62,575 nucleotides of DNA from Pseudomonadota bacterium (GTDB lineage Bacteria; Desulfobacterota; UBA8473), in NCBI GenBank assembly GCA_043818015.1, contig JBDRGH010000003.1, positions 1 to 62,575 on the forward strand, in the 5' to 3' direction. A program made the position numbers and the translations under genes. The notes beneath the pieces were generated by a model. The model had not been told where the DNA came from. It ran no database searches and saw only the letters and a program-made list of their open reading frames with translations. This document shows, one piece after another, positions 18,139 through 28,179 of the stretch. Within the stretch, counting starts at the first letter, position 1. Each line of letters begins with the position of its first letter.

Positions 18139-18630
18139 TTAATCCTTCCATTCTCGTAGCCATTCCAATTTTACTGTATAGTTATATTGAAGCCAATTCT
18201 CATTCGGTATCGCTGTATCAGTGGTTATGCCTGCAACTACCATGAGGCATGCCCAAGGTCTCGTTGTGCCGCCCACATAATCCCTCAAGGGGATGGAAAC
18301 TCCGCTGTAGAGATGCTTGTTTACTGTGTCTCTTAAGACATAATGTCTGTTACTGGCCGTTATATTCTCTTTGTTGACAAAACAGTTTGTGTTCAGCAGC
18401 ACAGAGGCTGTATTGCCTCTTGTGTTAGACGACGCCTTTGGCTGCCAGGACGGGTCGTTGAATCCCAACAACCGTGGCTGTATCCATTCATACGCAGCAG
18501 TGGCTCCGCTCTCGAAGGGATATCCTTCCCAGGAGATCTTCAGAGACTCCGCCGTCTCCAGATTGTCCCTCAAAAACTTCTCTACCGACCTCTTCACGTT
18601 GTCCAAAACTGAAGTTGCATTCTGTGTCAT
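18139..18630 (-). CDS. tail terminator/tail completion-like protein
   Basis: 163-aa ORF after the gp10-like gene. Its pattern (ISWEGYPFESG...EWIQPRLLG...GNTASVLLNTNCFV) resembles gpU/DUF4128-type proteins. Confidence 0.4.
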   Translation of the reverse strand: MTQNATSVLDNVKRSVEKFLRDNLETAESLKISWEGYPFESGATAAYEWIQPRLLGFNDPSWQPKASSNTRGNTASVLLNTNCFVNKENITASNRHYVLRDTVNKHLYSGVSIPLRDYVGGTTRPWACLMVVAGITTDTAIPNENWLQYNYTVKLEWLREWKD

Positions 18631-18769
18631 TTACCTTTTCTTTCCACCTCCTGCTCCTTCAGACGGGTGGCTTTTAGGTATCTCCCCGAACTCCACTTCG
18701 CCATCGGATACAGATATTCTCTGTAATAGCCATTGCCGGTGACGTTATCACAGCCTAAGCAGCTCTCTG

Positions 18770-19254
18770 TTATATGTGAAACTTTTTCCATCCCTGTTGC
18801 ATCTCCTTTCCCAACTGGCGAGGTAGCTTATCTCCTGTCAATTTTCTCATGTTTATACGAAGTACTCCAAAAGGAGCTTGTAAACTGCTCCCATATTCAA
18901 TGAACAATATATAGTGCACTGCATTGATAAGGTCTATATACCTATTTAATCCCGTCAGATGCTCCTTATAATCTCCTTGTCCTTTCCCTTCTGATATGGC
19001 AACATTGTCATTTCCTTCTTCCGACCAAGGCATGGACAGTCCTCTTGCGCTGGCATACCAGCCACTCCGTGCGCGACCTGTGGCAACTAAACGGGATGGC
19101 GATAATCGCTGGTGTTGGAAACTATCAATCTCAGCAAGTCAAAGGCAAACTTCTTAAGAACTAAGTTAGCTTTCTCTGGATACTGCTTTATCATTTTCTG
19201 GACATGATCATTGAATTTCTTAGTCTCCATCCTTATCGTAAACTCTTTCGCCAT
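18770..19254 (-). CDS. HK97 gp10-family neck/tail-completion protein; reading frame broken
   Basis: The upstream part (ATG 19254 with AAAGGAGGTG before it) ends ...SNTSDYRHPV*, with the TAG at 19089-19087. The -1 frame continues ATGRARSGWYASARGLSMPWSEEGN...NAVHYILFIEYGSS, which is the conserved TGRxRSGW and xxEYG part of the family. Confidence 0.6.
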
Positions 19255-19276
19255 CCCTAAACCACCTCCTTTCCCA

Positions 19277-19687
19277 TTAGCCTCTCCTGCAGTGAAAGAC
19301 AAAGCTGAGGTCCAAGGGATCAGTCCACACGTTTATCACACCATAAGTGACCCCGCTTTCGACCAAGACGTCTTTGTTCCTCGGAATTCCTGAGACCAAC
19401 TCCTTATAGACCAAGAACCTAACATCGCCGATCTCAAGGTCACCTCCACCTAAAAAAACTTCTCTGTCGCTGAAGTTACCTTTTAAAGCGTCGACTTCTC
19501 CGTAATCGGTATATACCGAAGAAATGGACTGGCTCTCCGGATCAAAATCGTCCAATTTGCTCTCGTCGAACTTCCTGTATTTGACGGTGACGTGGTTGCT
19601 GATCGATGAATCTCTGGTCAGGTCTCCAACTATGTTTTTGATTCGCGTGAGGGATCTCGTGCTCAATAGCTGCCTTGGCTGTGCCAT
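19277..19687 (-). CDS. head-tail joining (head closure-like) hypothetical protein
   Basis: 136-aa ORF between the adaptor-like and gp10-like genes. The call rests on position only. Confidence 0.35.
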   Translation of the reverse strand: MAQPRQLLSTRSLTRIKNIVGDLTRDSSISNHVTVKYRKFDESKLDDFDPESQSISSVYTDYGEVDALKGNFSDREVFLGGGDLEIGDVRFLVYKELVSGIPRNKDVLVESGVTYGVINVWTDPLDLSFVFHCRRG

Positions 19688-20082
19688 CAGACAGGATCTC
19701 CCATGTATTCGGAGTCATCTTCCCCGAATTCGCTGATCTCATAGGCAAAGGAGTCGATGAACTCGACCACGGCCCCTTCCTTGGCCTTCTTCTCATACTT
19801 CTCTGCCAGCTTGTTCCAGTATTCGGGCACCTTGGTTCTGTCAATCTCGAATCCAGACAGTTTCAGCCGCAATGCTCCCAGGATCTCATCGGCCGCCAAG
19901 GCATTGCAGCCATCTGCCGCAGCTGCCCAGACGTCTTCCGAGTTCAACTCAAGAAAGGCATCTACCTCCGCATCGCTGAACACATAGTGCTCGCCCTTGA
20001 TCGGCACGACTTCATCAGTCGTGTCCCTTATGAGGAGCCTTACTTTCCCTCTGCTCGTCGACAGAGAATATGAATATGACAA
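19687..20082 (-). CDS. head-tail adaptor-like protein
   Basis: 131 aa. VRLLIRDTTDE...FSDAEVDAFLELN resembles the N-terminal motif common in phage head-tail connector proteins. Confidence 0.4.
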   Translation of the reverse strand: MSYSYSLSTSRGKVRLLIRDTTDEVVPIKGEHYVFSDAEVDAFLELNSEDVWAAAADGCNALAADEILGALRLKLSGFEIDRTKVPEYWNKLAEKYEKKAKEGAVVEFIDSFAYEISEFGEDDSEYMGDPV

Positions 20083-20091
20083 AATTCCCTC

Positions 20092-20430
20092 CTATGTCTG
20101 GTCGGCCACCCGCATGTGCACGTCAGCCTCGAAACGAGGATTGGTGGCATCGGGCAACGTCTGGTCGCTTGTGACTTTGGAAGTGATGGTGTATATCATC
20201 CCGCTCGTGCCTCCCTTGACCCCGACAGTCACCACTCCCGCACTCTCAGAATATCCTGCCAGCACGGTCGTGTCCACGGAAGTGCCGGAGCTATCTGTGG
20301 CATTCACTGCATAAGTCAACACGGAACCAGCTCCAAGGTCCTCGGTGAAATCAACGGTTATGCTGAGCTTCTCCCAAGGCTGCTTCTCAAAGTGGTTCTT
20401 CTCAACATTATCGACCAAAATCTTGCTCAT
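20092..20430 (-). CDS. hypothetical beta-rich (Ig-like?) virion protein
   Basis: 112-aa ORF, Thr/Ser/Val/Gly-rich. Confidence 0.4.
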   Translation of the reverse strand: MSKILVDNVEKNHFEKQPWEKLSITVDFTEDLGAGSVLTYAVNATDSSGTSVDTTVLAGYSESAGVVTVGVKGGTSGMIYTITSKVTSDQTLPDATNPRFEADVHMRVADQT

Positions 20431-20534
20431 TTTACACCTACAACCTTTTTATAAAAGTATATTCCATAGATTATGTCTTGATAAAATTTCTGCCAATAAA
20501 GCAGCTATTGTAACTAACCTATTGATACTATTAA

Positions 20535-21071
20535 TTAAATGCCATCGTCATCAAGGAATTGAGAATAAGTAACCTCAACCGTGTCTCCACTGGCCACGCC
20601 CCTTGAGACGCCGCTGAATTCTGCCACGCAGGCCAGGGTCGCCGTCACGCAACTCTTTTGCGAACAGCCACAGATGAACCCGCCCCAGATCGTGCTAGTG
20701 CCACTCATCACAAACTGCGCCTTGTTGGCAGAGTTCGTAATGCTCCTTCCAGTAGCCGAAGCAGTAGTCCATATCTTCCTGTCACCATTGTAACAGTTGC
20801 ATATATTCCATCCAGCATGACTTGCAAGAGTATCTGCTGTGGTCACCGCTCCCGTCAGCTCCATCAATCCGACATACCAGATAGCCGTCGCTCCAGAGCT
20901 GTTGTAGAGTATGTTCAATGCAGAAGTCATCATCGTGTTGGTGACTACGTTGTGAGCATTCTCCTTCCATTTTGGCTGCCGAAGGTCATCGACAGGAATT
21001 GAGCCATCATAGCAGACAAAGTCAAAAATACCTCCCATCCTCATTTTTTCCTCCATCTCCACTACCTCCAT
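20535..21071 (-). CDS. hypothetical protein
   Basis: 178-aa ORF, co-directional. The start is uncertain because there are several in-frame Met codons near the N-terminus. Confidence 0.4.
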   Translation of the reverse strand: MEVVEMEEKMRMGGIFDFVCYDGSIPVDDLRQPKWKENAHNVVTNTMMTSALNILYNSSGATAIWYVGLMELTGAVTTADTLASHAGWNICNCYNGDRKIWTTASATGRSITNSANKAQFVMSGTSTIWGGFICGCSQKSCVTATLACVAEFSGVSRGVASGDTVEVTYSQFLDDDGI

Positions 21072-21119
21072 TTTTTATGATATAAATATTATAATAAATC
21101 TGGCTGGCATTAAAAAATC

Positions 21120-22877
21120 TTAATGCAAGGTAAATCCCTTTTTCTCAGCTTTCTTTCTGAAGTCCAATAACCTTCTATCTATAATAAAATCTATCTTTTC
21201 GGCCTTCTTCTTAAAATCCAAAATCCTTCCTTTCCCCACAAACTCAGTCTTCCTTCCCTTTAGGACAAATCTCACTGATATCTGATATCCAGCAGTAGCC
21301 AAATAAGTGTAAGCCACAGTGTCCTCAAACTTACCGCTATCTGAGATGATGGTGCTAAACTTTACCAGAGCAGAAGTGATATCTCCTATCTTAGAAATAT
21401 TACTTATATTCATCTCGAATGTCGTTACTGCATTTATTGTGTCTCCAGCCTTTATGCCATCAAGAACAGAGAAGAAGATAGCTGCCAATTGCTGATCAAC
21501 TGCATCCACAGCTTTCGATCCATCTGCAATCTGAGCTAACATCTGGCAGGCCGCATCAATCGTATCTTCAAATGCCAAGCCCTCCGTTATCTCGGCAAGG
21601 ATCTGCAGCTTGGATGAGAGAGATTCCTTTGTCTTGAAGCCATCTGTCATCTCAGCAAGGACTTGCAGGACAGCCAAAAGGGTATCTTTTGTCCTTAAGT
21701 TATCAGTTAATGCCTCTCTGAATTGGGCAAAAGCAGTGAGCGAATCCACAAATTTCAGGCCCTCTGCTATCGCCACTTCAACTAGTATGCCGGCAACTAT
21801 TTCAACAGCTGCCAGATCTCCTGCCTTTAAGGCATCCAACAGTTGCTCTACGATTTGCAATATAGCCGATACCGAGTCCTTTAAACTAGAACCGTCGGAG
21901 ACGCTTTCCAGGATCTGCAATGTGGTTGATATCGAATCTTCTAGATCTATCGAATCTAAAACAGAAGTCTGGATCTGGACTAAGGAATGTAAAGATTCTG
22001 CAAATTCCAGACCCTCTGAGATCACCAAGGCCAGATTTTTCACAAAGGAAGAAGCATCTTTCAAGTCAGAACCGTCGGAGATGCTTTCCAAGACCTGTAA
22101 TATGGCTGAGGAAGCATCTTTCAAGTCAGAGCCATCAGAAATGCTTTCCAAGACCTGTAATATGGCTGAGGAAGCATCTTTCAAGTCAGAACCGTCCAGT
22201 ACAGACGCAGCAATCTTTACTCTCCCTGGAGAAGAATCCATCTCTTGAAGACCATCAGCTATGGAAGTGCTGAATTGTGCTGCCGCATTCAGAGCTTCTC
22301 CAGAGTTCCAGCCCTCTGTGACTGCAACCTGATAGGTCTCGCCGCCTACCAAATCTGCTGCTGACCAATCATTAAAACTTGCCCTATTCCAATAACCAAA
22401 TATACCAGCATAATTTCCTTCTGTTATATCTGCATCAGTATCCGCACATTCTGTAATACCACCAACTTCCATTAATTGAGTTGCACCATCAACTGTCAAT
22501 TTAACAGTTTGTTCACCCGCACCAGAAGGATCGGTATCTAAATTTGTCCAAGAATTATCCACCAATTTACAAAGTCTGTAGCCTTCCGCATCTGAATGAT
22601 TAACATACTGGGCAAAGTAAAAAGTCGTAGTACTGCTTGCCTGACGAGCAGTAACAGCACCGTCAGGCGTATCACCAGCTCCTTGGGCTTGTATATCTGC
22701 CTGAACCCAATGGTCAGGCCCATCCAAAACTAATGCTGTATAACGAGCGTTATTTCTATTTTGCGCTGTTTGGACTTCAGCTCTATTGCTTACTATATCA
22801 ATATCGCCAGTATCTTCAGTCCAATTAGCTCCTATCTCGCCATCATCTCTATCAAAATTGTCTGATACAGAGGCCAT
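21120..22877 (-). CDS. repeat-rich fibre-like protein (lectin-like N-domain plus about 17 copies of a 20-aa repeat)
   Basis: 585 aa. The N-terminal domain is roughly 200 aa. It is followed by a periodic x-D/E-G-x3-K/E-D-x5-LQ-I/V-L-x-E/S-I/V unit repeated through most of the protein. Confidence 0.65.
   Translation of the reverse strand: MASVSDNFDRDDGEIGANWTEDTGDIDIVSNRAEVQTAQNRNNARYTALVLDGPDHWVQADIQAQGAGDTPDGAVTARQASSTTTFYFAQYVNHSDAEGYRLCKLVDNSWTNLDTDPSGAGEQTVKLTVDGATQLMEVGGITECADTDADITEGNYAGIFGYWNRASFNDWSAADLVGGETYQVAVTEGWNSGEALNAAAQFSTSIADGLQEMDSSPGRVKIAASVLDGSDLKDASSAILQVLESISDGSDLKDASSAILQVLESISDGSDLKDASSFVKNLALVISEGLEFAESLHSLVQIQTSVLDSIDLEDSISTTLQILESVSDGSSLKDSVSAILQIVEQLLDALKAGDLAAVEIVAGILVEVAIAEGLKFVDSLTAFAQFREALTDNLRTKDTLLAVLQVLAEMTDGFKTKESLSSKLQILAEITEGLAFEDTIDAACQMLAQIADGSKAVDAVDQQLAAIFFSVLDGIKAGDTINAVTTFEMNISNISKIGDITSALVKFSTIISDSGKFEDTVAYTYLATAGYQISVRFVLKGRKTEFVGKGRILDFKKKAEKIDFIIDRRLLDFRKKAEKKGFTLH
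22051..22197. repeat. 60-bp tandem repeat, 2.4 copies
   Basis: Copies begin at 22051, 22111 and 22171. Copies 1 and 2 differ at 4 positions, all synonymous; both encode SDGSDLKDASSAILQVLESI. Confidence 0.9.
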
Positions 22878-23518
22878 TATTCACTATCCTCATCATGCCA
22901 GAACCATTGTTTTCTCTTGATTGTGCCAAAGAGCCTCTTTGTGGTTTCATCGTCATGGAACATGATCTTTTTTATCACCTGCCAAATCGGAGTTGAAGGC
23001 GTTATCCATCCAGTTGGAATGTCTAAATCCTGCAAATGGTGATTTACTTTTTGCCTCTTTTCTGCTGGAATATCTCCGACAGTTGAATACATATCAAAGT
23101 TTTGGTTCTCTATCTTGTGCATTGCCCACGATGCAAGCTGTGTAGAATGAATGACATAAGCCAATATATCCCTGATAGTATTGTCCAAAGTTGCCCAACC
23201 GAAATTGAAGCCAACACTTTCTAATTTGGTCCTTATTGCTTGCCTTCTGGTAGAATCGATTTCACTCAACTGCCTATCTAATGCACCTTCAGGAAAAGCA
23301 AAAATCTGTGGTACATTTGCCATTACATCTGCATGAGCAGTATCGGACAGATCATATTTCATTATGCACCACATCAGGGCATTGGGATGTATAGCCTGAT
23401 AAATGAAGTGGGGTTCATTGGGCCAATTCTCGACAATATACCGCCTTAGTTCTGAACTATAGGGATTGTCATGAGTTCCGTCTCCAATCACTTTGCAAAT
23501 GTAATATCGTTTTGTCAT
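22877..23518 (-). CDS. hypothetical protein
   Basis: 213-aa ORF. Its stop abuts the start of the repeat protein. Confidence 0.5.
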   Translation of the reverse strand: MTKRYYICKVIGDGTHDNPYSSELRRYIVENWPNEPHFIYQAIHPNALMWCIMKYDLSDTAHADVMANVPQIFAFPEGALDRQLSEIDSTRRQAIRTKLESVGFNFGWATLDNTIRDILAYVIHSTQLASWAMHKIENQNFDMYSTVGDIPAEKRQKVNHHLQDLDIPTGWITPSTPIWQVIKKIMFHDDETTKRLFGTIKRKQWFWHDEDSE

Positions 23519-23549
23519 AATATCCCTATATTATTCTCTATGTCTGCAT

Positions 23550-24164
23550 CTATACAATTCTGACAGATGAAAACAAATTCATTATCCAGGCGATGATCTT
23601 CTTGATCAGGCTCACCAGAAAGTTTTGTGGTGGCGCCGGGGCCTGGGTATCTATCTTCCTTGTTAATTCGACACTCGGAAGACTTTCATTCCCTTCTGTA
23701 TCGTAAGCCGTCGCTACCCAGAACCATGTGCCATCTTCTACTTGGATCATTACTTCTTCTGTACCCCCAGGATTCGGCCCTCGTGCAAGATCTGCTTTTA
23801 AGTTTGGTGACCCTGAACCATAAACATAAACCCCTGACTGATTGGATTGATATAGTCTATATCCTGCCAAGTCTGCCTCTGAATTACCGTCCCACTTAAA
23901 TGTAACTTCAGCAGCAGCAAAGACCAGCGACGGAACCAATAGAAACAAACCTAAAAACAGCATAGGCAGTTTTCCTGGAGTGGTCGAAAATACTGCGGTA
24001 ATTATTTGCTTTACACAAGATACAATCCATTTGAGAAACCTCCAGATGAAAGTCAAGATGTCGGAATTGCCCTTTATCTTTTCTATCTTCTGGATGATAA
24101 GGTTCAAGAGAAGAAACCCTATCACAATTACTTCCCACCACTTGATTAAAAATTCGGTTATCAT
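23550..24164 (-). CDS. membrane-anchored fibronectin type III-like protein
   Basis: Two N-terminal hydrophobic segments, then AAEVTFKWDGNSEADLAGYRLYQS...WFWVATAYDTEGNES, typical of an Fn3 domain. Confidence 0.5.
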   Translation of the reverse strand: MITEFLIKWWEVIVIGFLLLNLIIQKIEKIKGNSDILTFIWRFLKWIVSCVKQIITAVFSTTPGKLPMLFLGLFLLVPSLVFAAAEVTFKWDGNSEADLAGYRLYQSNQSGVYVYGSGSPNLKADLARGPNPGGTEEVMIQVEDGTWFWVATAYDTEGNESLPSVELTRKIDTQAPAPPQNFLVSLIKKIIAWIMNLFSSVRIV

Positions 24165-24177
24165 AATTCATTCCTCC

Positions 24178-24489
24178 TTATAGTTTTATTTTCTTTCTTT
24201 CCTTCTTGTCTTCGCCCATTAGTTCGACCAGCTTGCTGAGCTTCTCCGAGATGTCCATCAGCAAGAAGGTCTGCAACTGCCAATGGGCATCGTGCCTCGT
24301 CTCCACGTCCTTGGCAAGGTTGTAGGCAAACCAGCTCACTCCCGCCTTGTACGGTGGCCTCAGAAGCAGATGCTTCTGCACCAGTTCCGGAAAAATCTCC
24401 GGGTGGTCTTGGAAATATCGCCTTCTGTCTGTCAAGCTGGTAAAATCATACTCCGTGATCTCTTCTTTCGTCTCTTTGTCCATCGTCAC
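24178..24489 (-). CDS. hypothetical protein
   Basis: 103-aa ORF. Its start overlaps the upstream stop by 4 nt. Confidence 0.4.
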   Translation of the reverse strand: MTMDKETKEEITEYDFTSLTDRRRYFQDHPEIFPELVQKHLLLRPPYKAGVSWFAYNLAKDVETRHDAHWQLQTFLLMDISEKLSKLVELMGEDKKERKKIKL

Positions 24490-26438
24490 TCTCCTTTCGG
24501 TTCTTCTTTTGTTTCGTTTTCGGTTACGGGCGGTTGCTGTTCTACCGTCGCTGTCTGCTGCTTCTGAAGCAGCTCCTCTGGGCTCAGAAACTCTCCCGTC
24601 GGGATGTCATAGTGCCACCCTTCCGGAATGTTCAGCCTTCCAGCCTCCTGGAGGATGACGTTCTGAATTCCCACCTGTAGGTTTTGCTTTTGGAGATCCA
24701 GATTCTGGAGTCTCTCGTGGAAAAGTTGAATGTTGAGTTTTGCTTCTTCCTTCACTTTCTTCATGATCTCTCCTCTCCTTGGAAATGGTATGTATGGTTC
24801 TAAAAAATTCAGCTTCTGTATTGCTGGCACGAATGTGGGCAGCAGCCTGTATGAGGTGGCATAGTGCCTGTAAGCCAACTCCTTGTTTCCGACGACCTCT
24901 GCTGCCGTGGCCATGTTGAGATACACCACCCATCCCGGGCTCATGCCGTCATAGTTGTGCCACATCTCCTCTGCATACTTATAGGCTGTTTGAGGAGAGA
25001 CGTTGAGATGGCCGATCAGCAGATAAGTATTGTACATGGTCTCTTTTGGAGCCCATTTCACCGTGCTGTTGCAGTCCAGTTCTTTCTGCCTCAGATTCTT
25101 TCCCTTCTGAAACCTCATGAAATAATAAGATGCTATGACGTCCTTCGCCACCATCTCCCACAAGAACAGGGCGAAGAAGGCGGCCAGCATCGGAAGAAAG
25201 ACGAAGGGCAACGTTACCGTCTGGAATGCGGGAGAAGCCAACAGGACGATGAAGCCTCCCAGGGCCCAGAAGACCATCCCGGTGGACGGTATCCTCAAGC
25301 TGAAAAAGAAAAGGCCATGGATGGCGATGGACAGGAAAGCGGTCAGCAAGAACAGCATCAAGAGGCTCCCCTCCAACACCATGGCACCAAAATAAAAGAT
25401 GCTTCCCACGAGACCCCAGCGGATTGCAGAGCCCAGAAGTCCAAGCTCCACCAGATCCTCAAGCCAATCGTTGTGGCACTCCCTCGGCTGCGGGGTGATA
25501 TACCTGTTTGGATCCAAGAACTCTGGATCCTTGTCGTTTAAAGCTGCCTGGGCAAAGTAGACCAGCTTTCTGTAAGACCTGAGCCCGTGTCCCTGCCAGA
25601 TCTTCTGCTTGAACAGATGCCATCCGGCTTTCCAATAGCAGATCCTGTAACGCAGAGTGGCCAATTTGGTGGTCTTGCTCCCGTTTATCCTCTCCTTGTT
25701 TATCCTCTCCCAATTCTTCCACAGCCAGGCAGCCACGACAACTCCAGTCAAGACGGTAAAGGGGATCAACGCCTTCAGCCAGTTTATGCTTATAAAATTT
25801 CCAAAGGAGAGGAAGAGAAAAAAGCCATAGACGGAGCCTATCAGGCCGAGCAATGCTCCTCTGCACTTGGTCTTCCAGAGCAGGAAGCAGGTCAACGAGA
25901 CTCCGAAGAGGAAAAAGAATGACACGGACAGGGACAGGTAGATCCCCAGCCAGAACATGGGAAGGATGTAGCTGGCGAAGAAATTCATGTTCCCTATGGT
26001 GCTGATCGGCCTCTTGTCCTTGGAATCCATCTTGAGCCTGGTGGGAAAGACAAAGTCGATCCCAAATGTCTGCCCAAAGGCATATAGCTGAACCAGGGAG
26101 CCTGCGCCATACATTACGATCAAAACAGAGAAGAGGGAAGAGGGATCCAGATGGACGGCAAGGATGAAGACCAAGAGCAAAGGAAGCTGGACGGCAAACT
26201 CCTTCCTGGCTCCGTCGAGGACCTCGGTCCAAAAGGTATTGACCGCCATGTATCCAATCAGCGAAAGAGAGAGCAATACCGGAAGATCAAGAAGGATCTC
26301 TCCTGTCCCCAGCAGGATCATCCCGATGCCGGAAAGCAAACAGAGGAGAGCCGTCTGCGGAAGACTGAAGATGTCGAAGAGCACCATTGGAGCGAAAATC
26401 ATAGGAGCAATTACTATCAGATAAAAAACCCATTCCAT
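24486..26438 (-). CDS. O-antigen ligase/polymerase family (Wzy_C) membrane protein with TPR-like C-terminal domain
   Basis: 650 aa with about 10 or more hydrophobic helices. Wzy_C-type signature WQGHGLRSYRK...ECHNDWLEDLVELGLLG. The soluble C-terminal region is helical-repeat-like. Confidence 0.75.
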   Translation of the reverse strand: MEWVFYLIVIAPMIFAPMVLFDIFSLPQTALLCLLSGIGMILLGTGEILLDLPVLLSLSLIGYMAVNTFWTEVLDGARKEFAVQLPLLLVFILAVHLDPSSLFSVLIVMYGAGSLVQLYAFGQTFGIDFVFPTRLKMDSKDKRPISTIGNMNFFASYILPMFWLGIYLSLSVSFFFLFGVSLTCFLLWKTKCRGALLGLIGSVYGFFLFLSFGNFISINWLKALIPFTVLTGVVVAAWLWKNWERINKERINGSKTTKLATLRYRICYWKAGWHLFKQKIWQGHGLRSYRKLVYFAQAALNDKDPEFLDPNRYITPQPRECHNDWLEDLVELGLLGSAIRWGLVGSIFYFGAMVLEGSLLMLFLLTAFLSIAIHGLFFFSLRIPSTGMVFWALGGFIVLLASPAFQTVTLPFVFLPMLAAFFALFLWEMVAKDVIASYYFMRFQKGKNLRQKELDCNSTVKWAPKETMYNTYLLIGHLNVSPQTAYKYAEEMWHNYDGMSPGWVVYLNMATAAEVVGNKELAYRHYATSYRLLPTFVPAIQKLNFLEPYIPFPRRGEIMKKVKEEAKLNIQLFHERLQNLDLQKQNLQVGIQNVILQEAGRLNIPEGWHYDIPTGEFLSPEELLQKQQTATVEQQPPVTENETKEEPKGE

Positions 26439-26567
26439 TTATATTCCTTTCTGTTTAGAATATAAGTAATTTTTCTTGTTTATTGTTTATCGGAAACAGC
26501 TTTTATTTTTCCAAGCACTTCTACGGAAATGGAGATAAGCACAGTGTCATAAGTATAATATATCGTT

Positions 26568-28166
26568 TCATAGAGCCTCCTTTGACTTTACTAATCTATC
26601 CTTAATCCACTTCGGAGCTTCAAAAGCAAACCCTGCCTGCGCTGCTATTTCTGCCTGTGCAACCGTGGGAATATTCTTTGTGTAGACTTTGCCATCAGTT
26701 TCGTTAAATTCCACACCTTTTTTAAATTGTGGTTTTTGTACCTTCTTCATCTCCCACACAATCTCAATCTTTGGCTTTACCTCACCGTCAACAAGCTCAT
26801 AGCCTGTGATAGTTTCACCGAGCTTTTTGCCTTGTTTAGTTACCTTGCCGGTTTTCGGATTGACCACTTCATACAGCACTCGTTCATCAACCTCCACCAT
26901 CTCAAAGGCTTCTTCTTTCGTAACTTCAACTTCAGTGGTATTCTCTTTTATCCACTCTTTCTTCCATTGCTCTTTGTATGCAGCTTCAAGGTCAACGGAC
27001 TTGGGTATATCTGCATAATAGATAAAGGTTTTTCCTGTGAGTTCCTCAATCGCTCTTATTGCACCTGCCATATCTACGTTAATCTTTTTCCCAAGTGCCT
27101 TATTTTCTGCATAGTAAGACCAGGGATATGCTTCATTTGGGTCTGGCTGAAAAAGACCAAAATTATGCGGGGTTAATTGAGGATTGTTGCCAGACTCATC
27201 TAAGGCAAATAATTCAGAACTTCCGGTCACATCTTTTGCGTGTATCATACAGCCATTAGCCGGATTCCCCGCTGGGTCTGTATCAGCATTATGTATATAG
27301 AGTAAATTACCAATAGCAACATCCTCACTGCCCACATTTGCTGTAGCTTTCAATACATCTCCACCAATCTGCAAAGGTTTGTCTTGTGCAGAGTAGTTCA
27401 TAATCCTCTGACCGTTGGTTCCGTCAGTCGAAAAGACTCCGATTACATCACCGTAAAAGCAGACACTTAGATCAGTCTGTGACCCTGTTAATGCTCTGTC
27501 TAACACAACAGACGTTCCATCATCAGAGATTATACGATACCACCCCTCATCTGCCGCTGTAACAGTATTGGATATATGGACAGCCATGCCTGCCGAAAGT
27601 GAAAGACCATGAGCAACACCTCCAACATCAGTGATAGTTGAGGTTCCATTGGACACTCCATTACCTTCCCAACGACCTACCCTTGTGTTTTTGCCAAGCA
27701 AAAAACCATCATTCTTATCGTCCAGTGTAACGATAGTATGCCCATCGTCCCAAGGGGTTGTTATTTGGAGGTCTACATTTGGACCATAGGTTCGCAAAAT
27801 GGAAGTCCATGCTTCTGTACTCTGCAAAAGACCAGAAGCAGTCCAAAAATTGCTTGCATCACCACAAACCCAGTAATCCGCTGCCCCACTCAACCCACTA
27901 CTCGACAAGTCAATCCCCTTCGTAGCTGTGCCGAGAGAGCCAAAGACTATGCCATCATCATTAGTATCCCCACCCATAGTAACACGAGTGGTTGCACCTA
28001 CAGTAAAATCTCCACTTGCATCAAGGTCGGTAAACGAGCCTGCTGCTGGCGTAGTGCCGCCGATTGCTCCTGGCTCTTTTGGATCAAATCTTTGTCCCTT
28101 CCAAGCAATTAGGAGTAAAAAAGAGAGTAAAACCAAAGTTATAGAGATCCTTTTAAATTTATACAT
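26568..28166 (-). CDS. signal-anchored/secreted hypothetical protein
   Basis: I prefer the start at MYKFKRISITLVLLSFLLLIAW (codon 14 of the track ORF, just past the upstream stop at 28180). The central part is beta-rich and the C-terminus is Lys/Glu-rich. Confidence 0.55.
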   Translation of the reverse strand: MYKFKRISITLVLLSFLLLIAWKGQRFDPKEPGAIGGTTPAAGSFTDLDASGDFTVGATTRVTMGGDTNDDGIVFGSLGTATKGIDLSSSGLSGAADYWVCGDASNFWTASGLLQSTEAWTSILRTYGPNVDLQITTPWDDGHTIVTLDDKNDGFLLGKNTRVGRWEGNGVSNGTSTITDVGGVAHGLSLSAGMAVHISNTVTAADEGWYRIISDDGTSVVLDRALTGSQTDLSVCFYGDVIGVFSTDGTNGQRIMNYSAQDKPLQIGGDVLKATANVGSEDVAIGNLLYIHNADTDPAGNPANGCMIHAKDVTGSSELFALDESGNNPQLTPHNFGLFQPDPNEAYPWSYYAENKALGKKINVDMAGAIRAIEELTGKTFIYYADIPKSVDLEAAYKEQWKKEWIKENTTEVEVTKEEAFEMVEVDERVLYEVVNPKTGKVTKQGKKLGETITGYELVDGEVKPKIEIVWEMKKVQKPQFKKGVEFNETDGKVYTKNIPTVAQAEIAAQAGFAFEAPKWIKDRLVKSKEAL

Positions 28167-28179
28167 CGTTAATCCCCCA

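Noticed and set aside
25459-26232. Alternative-frame ORFs inside the Wzy_C-like gene (25459..26232 and 24607..24933)
   Set aside because: They lie inside a long, well-supported polytopic membrane-protein ORF, and their composition is Arg/Gly/Pro-rich.
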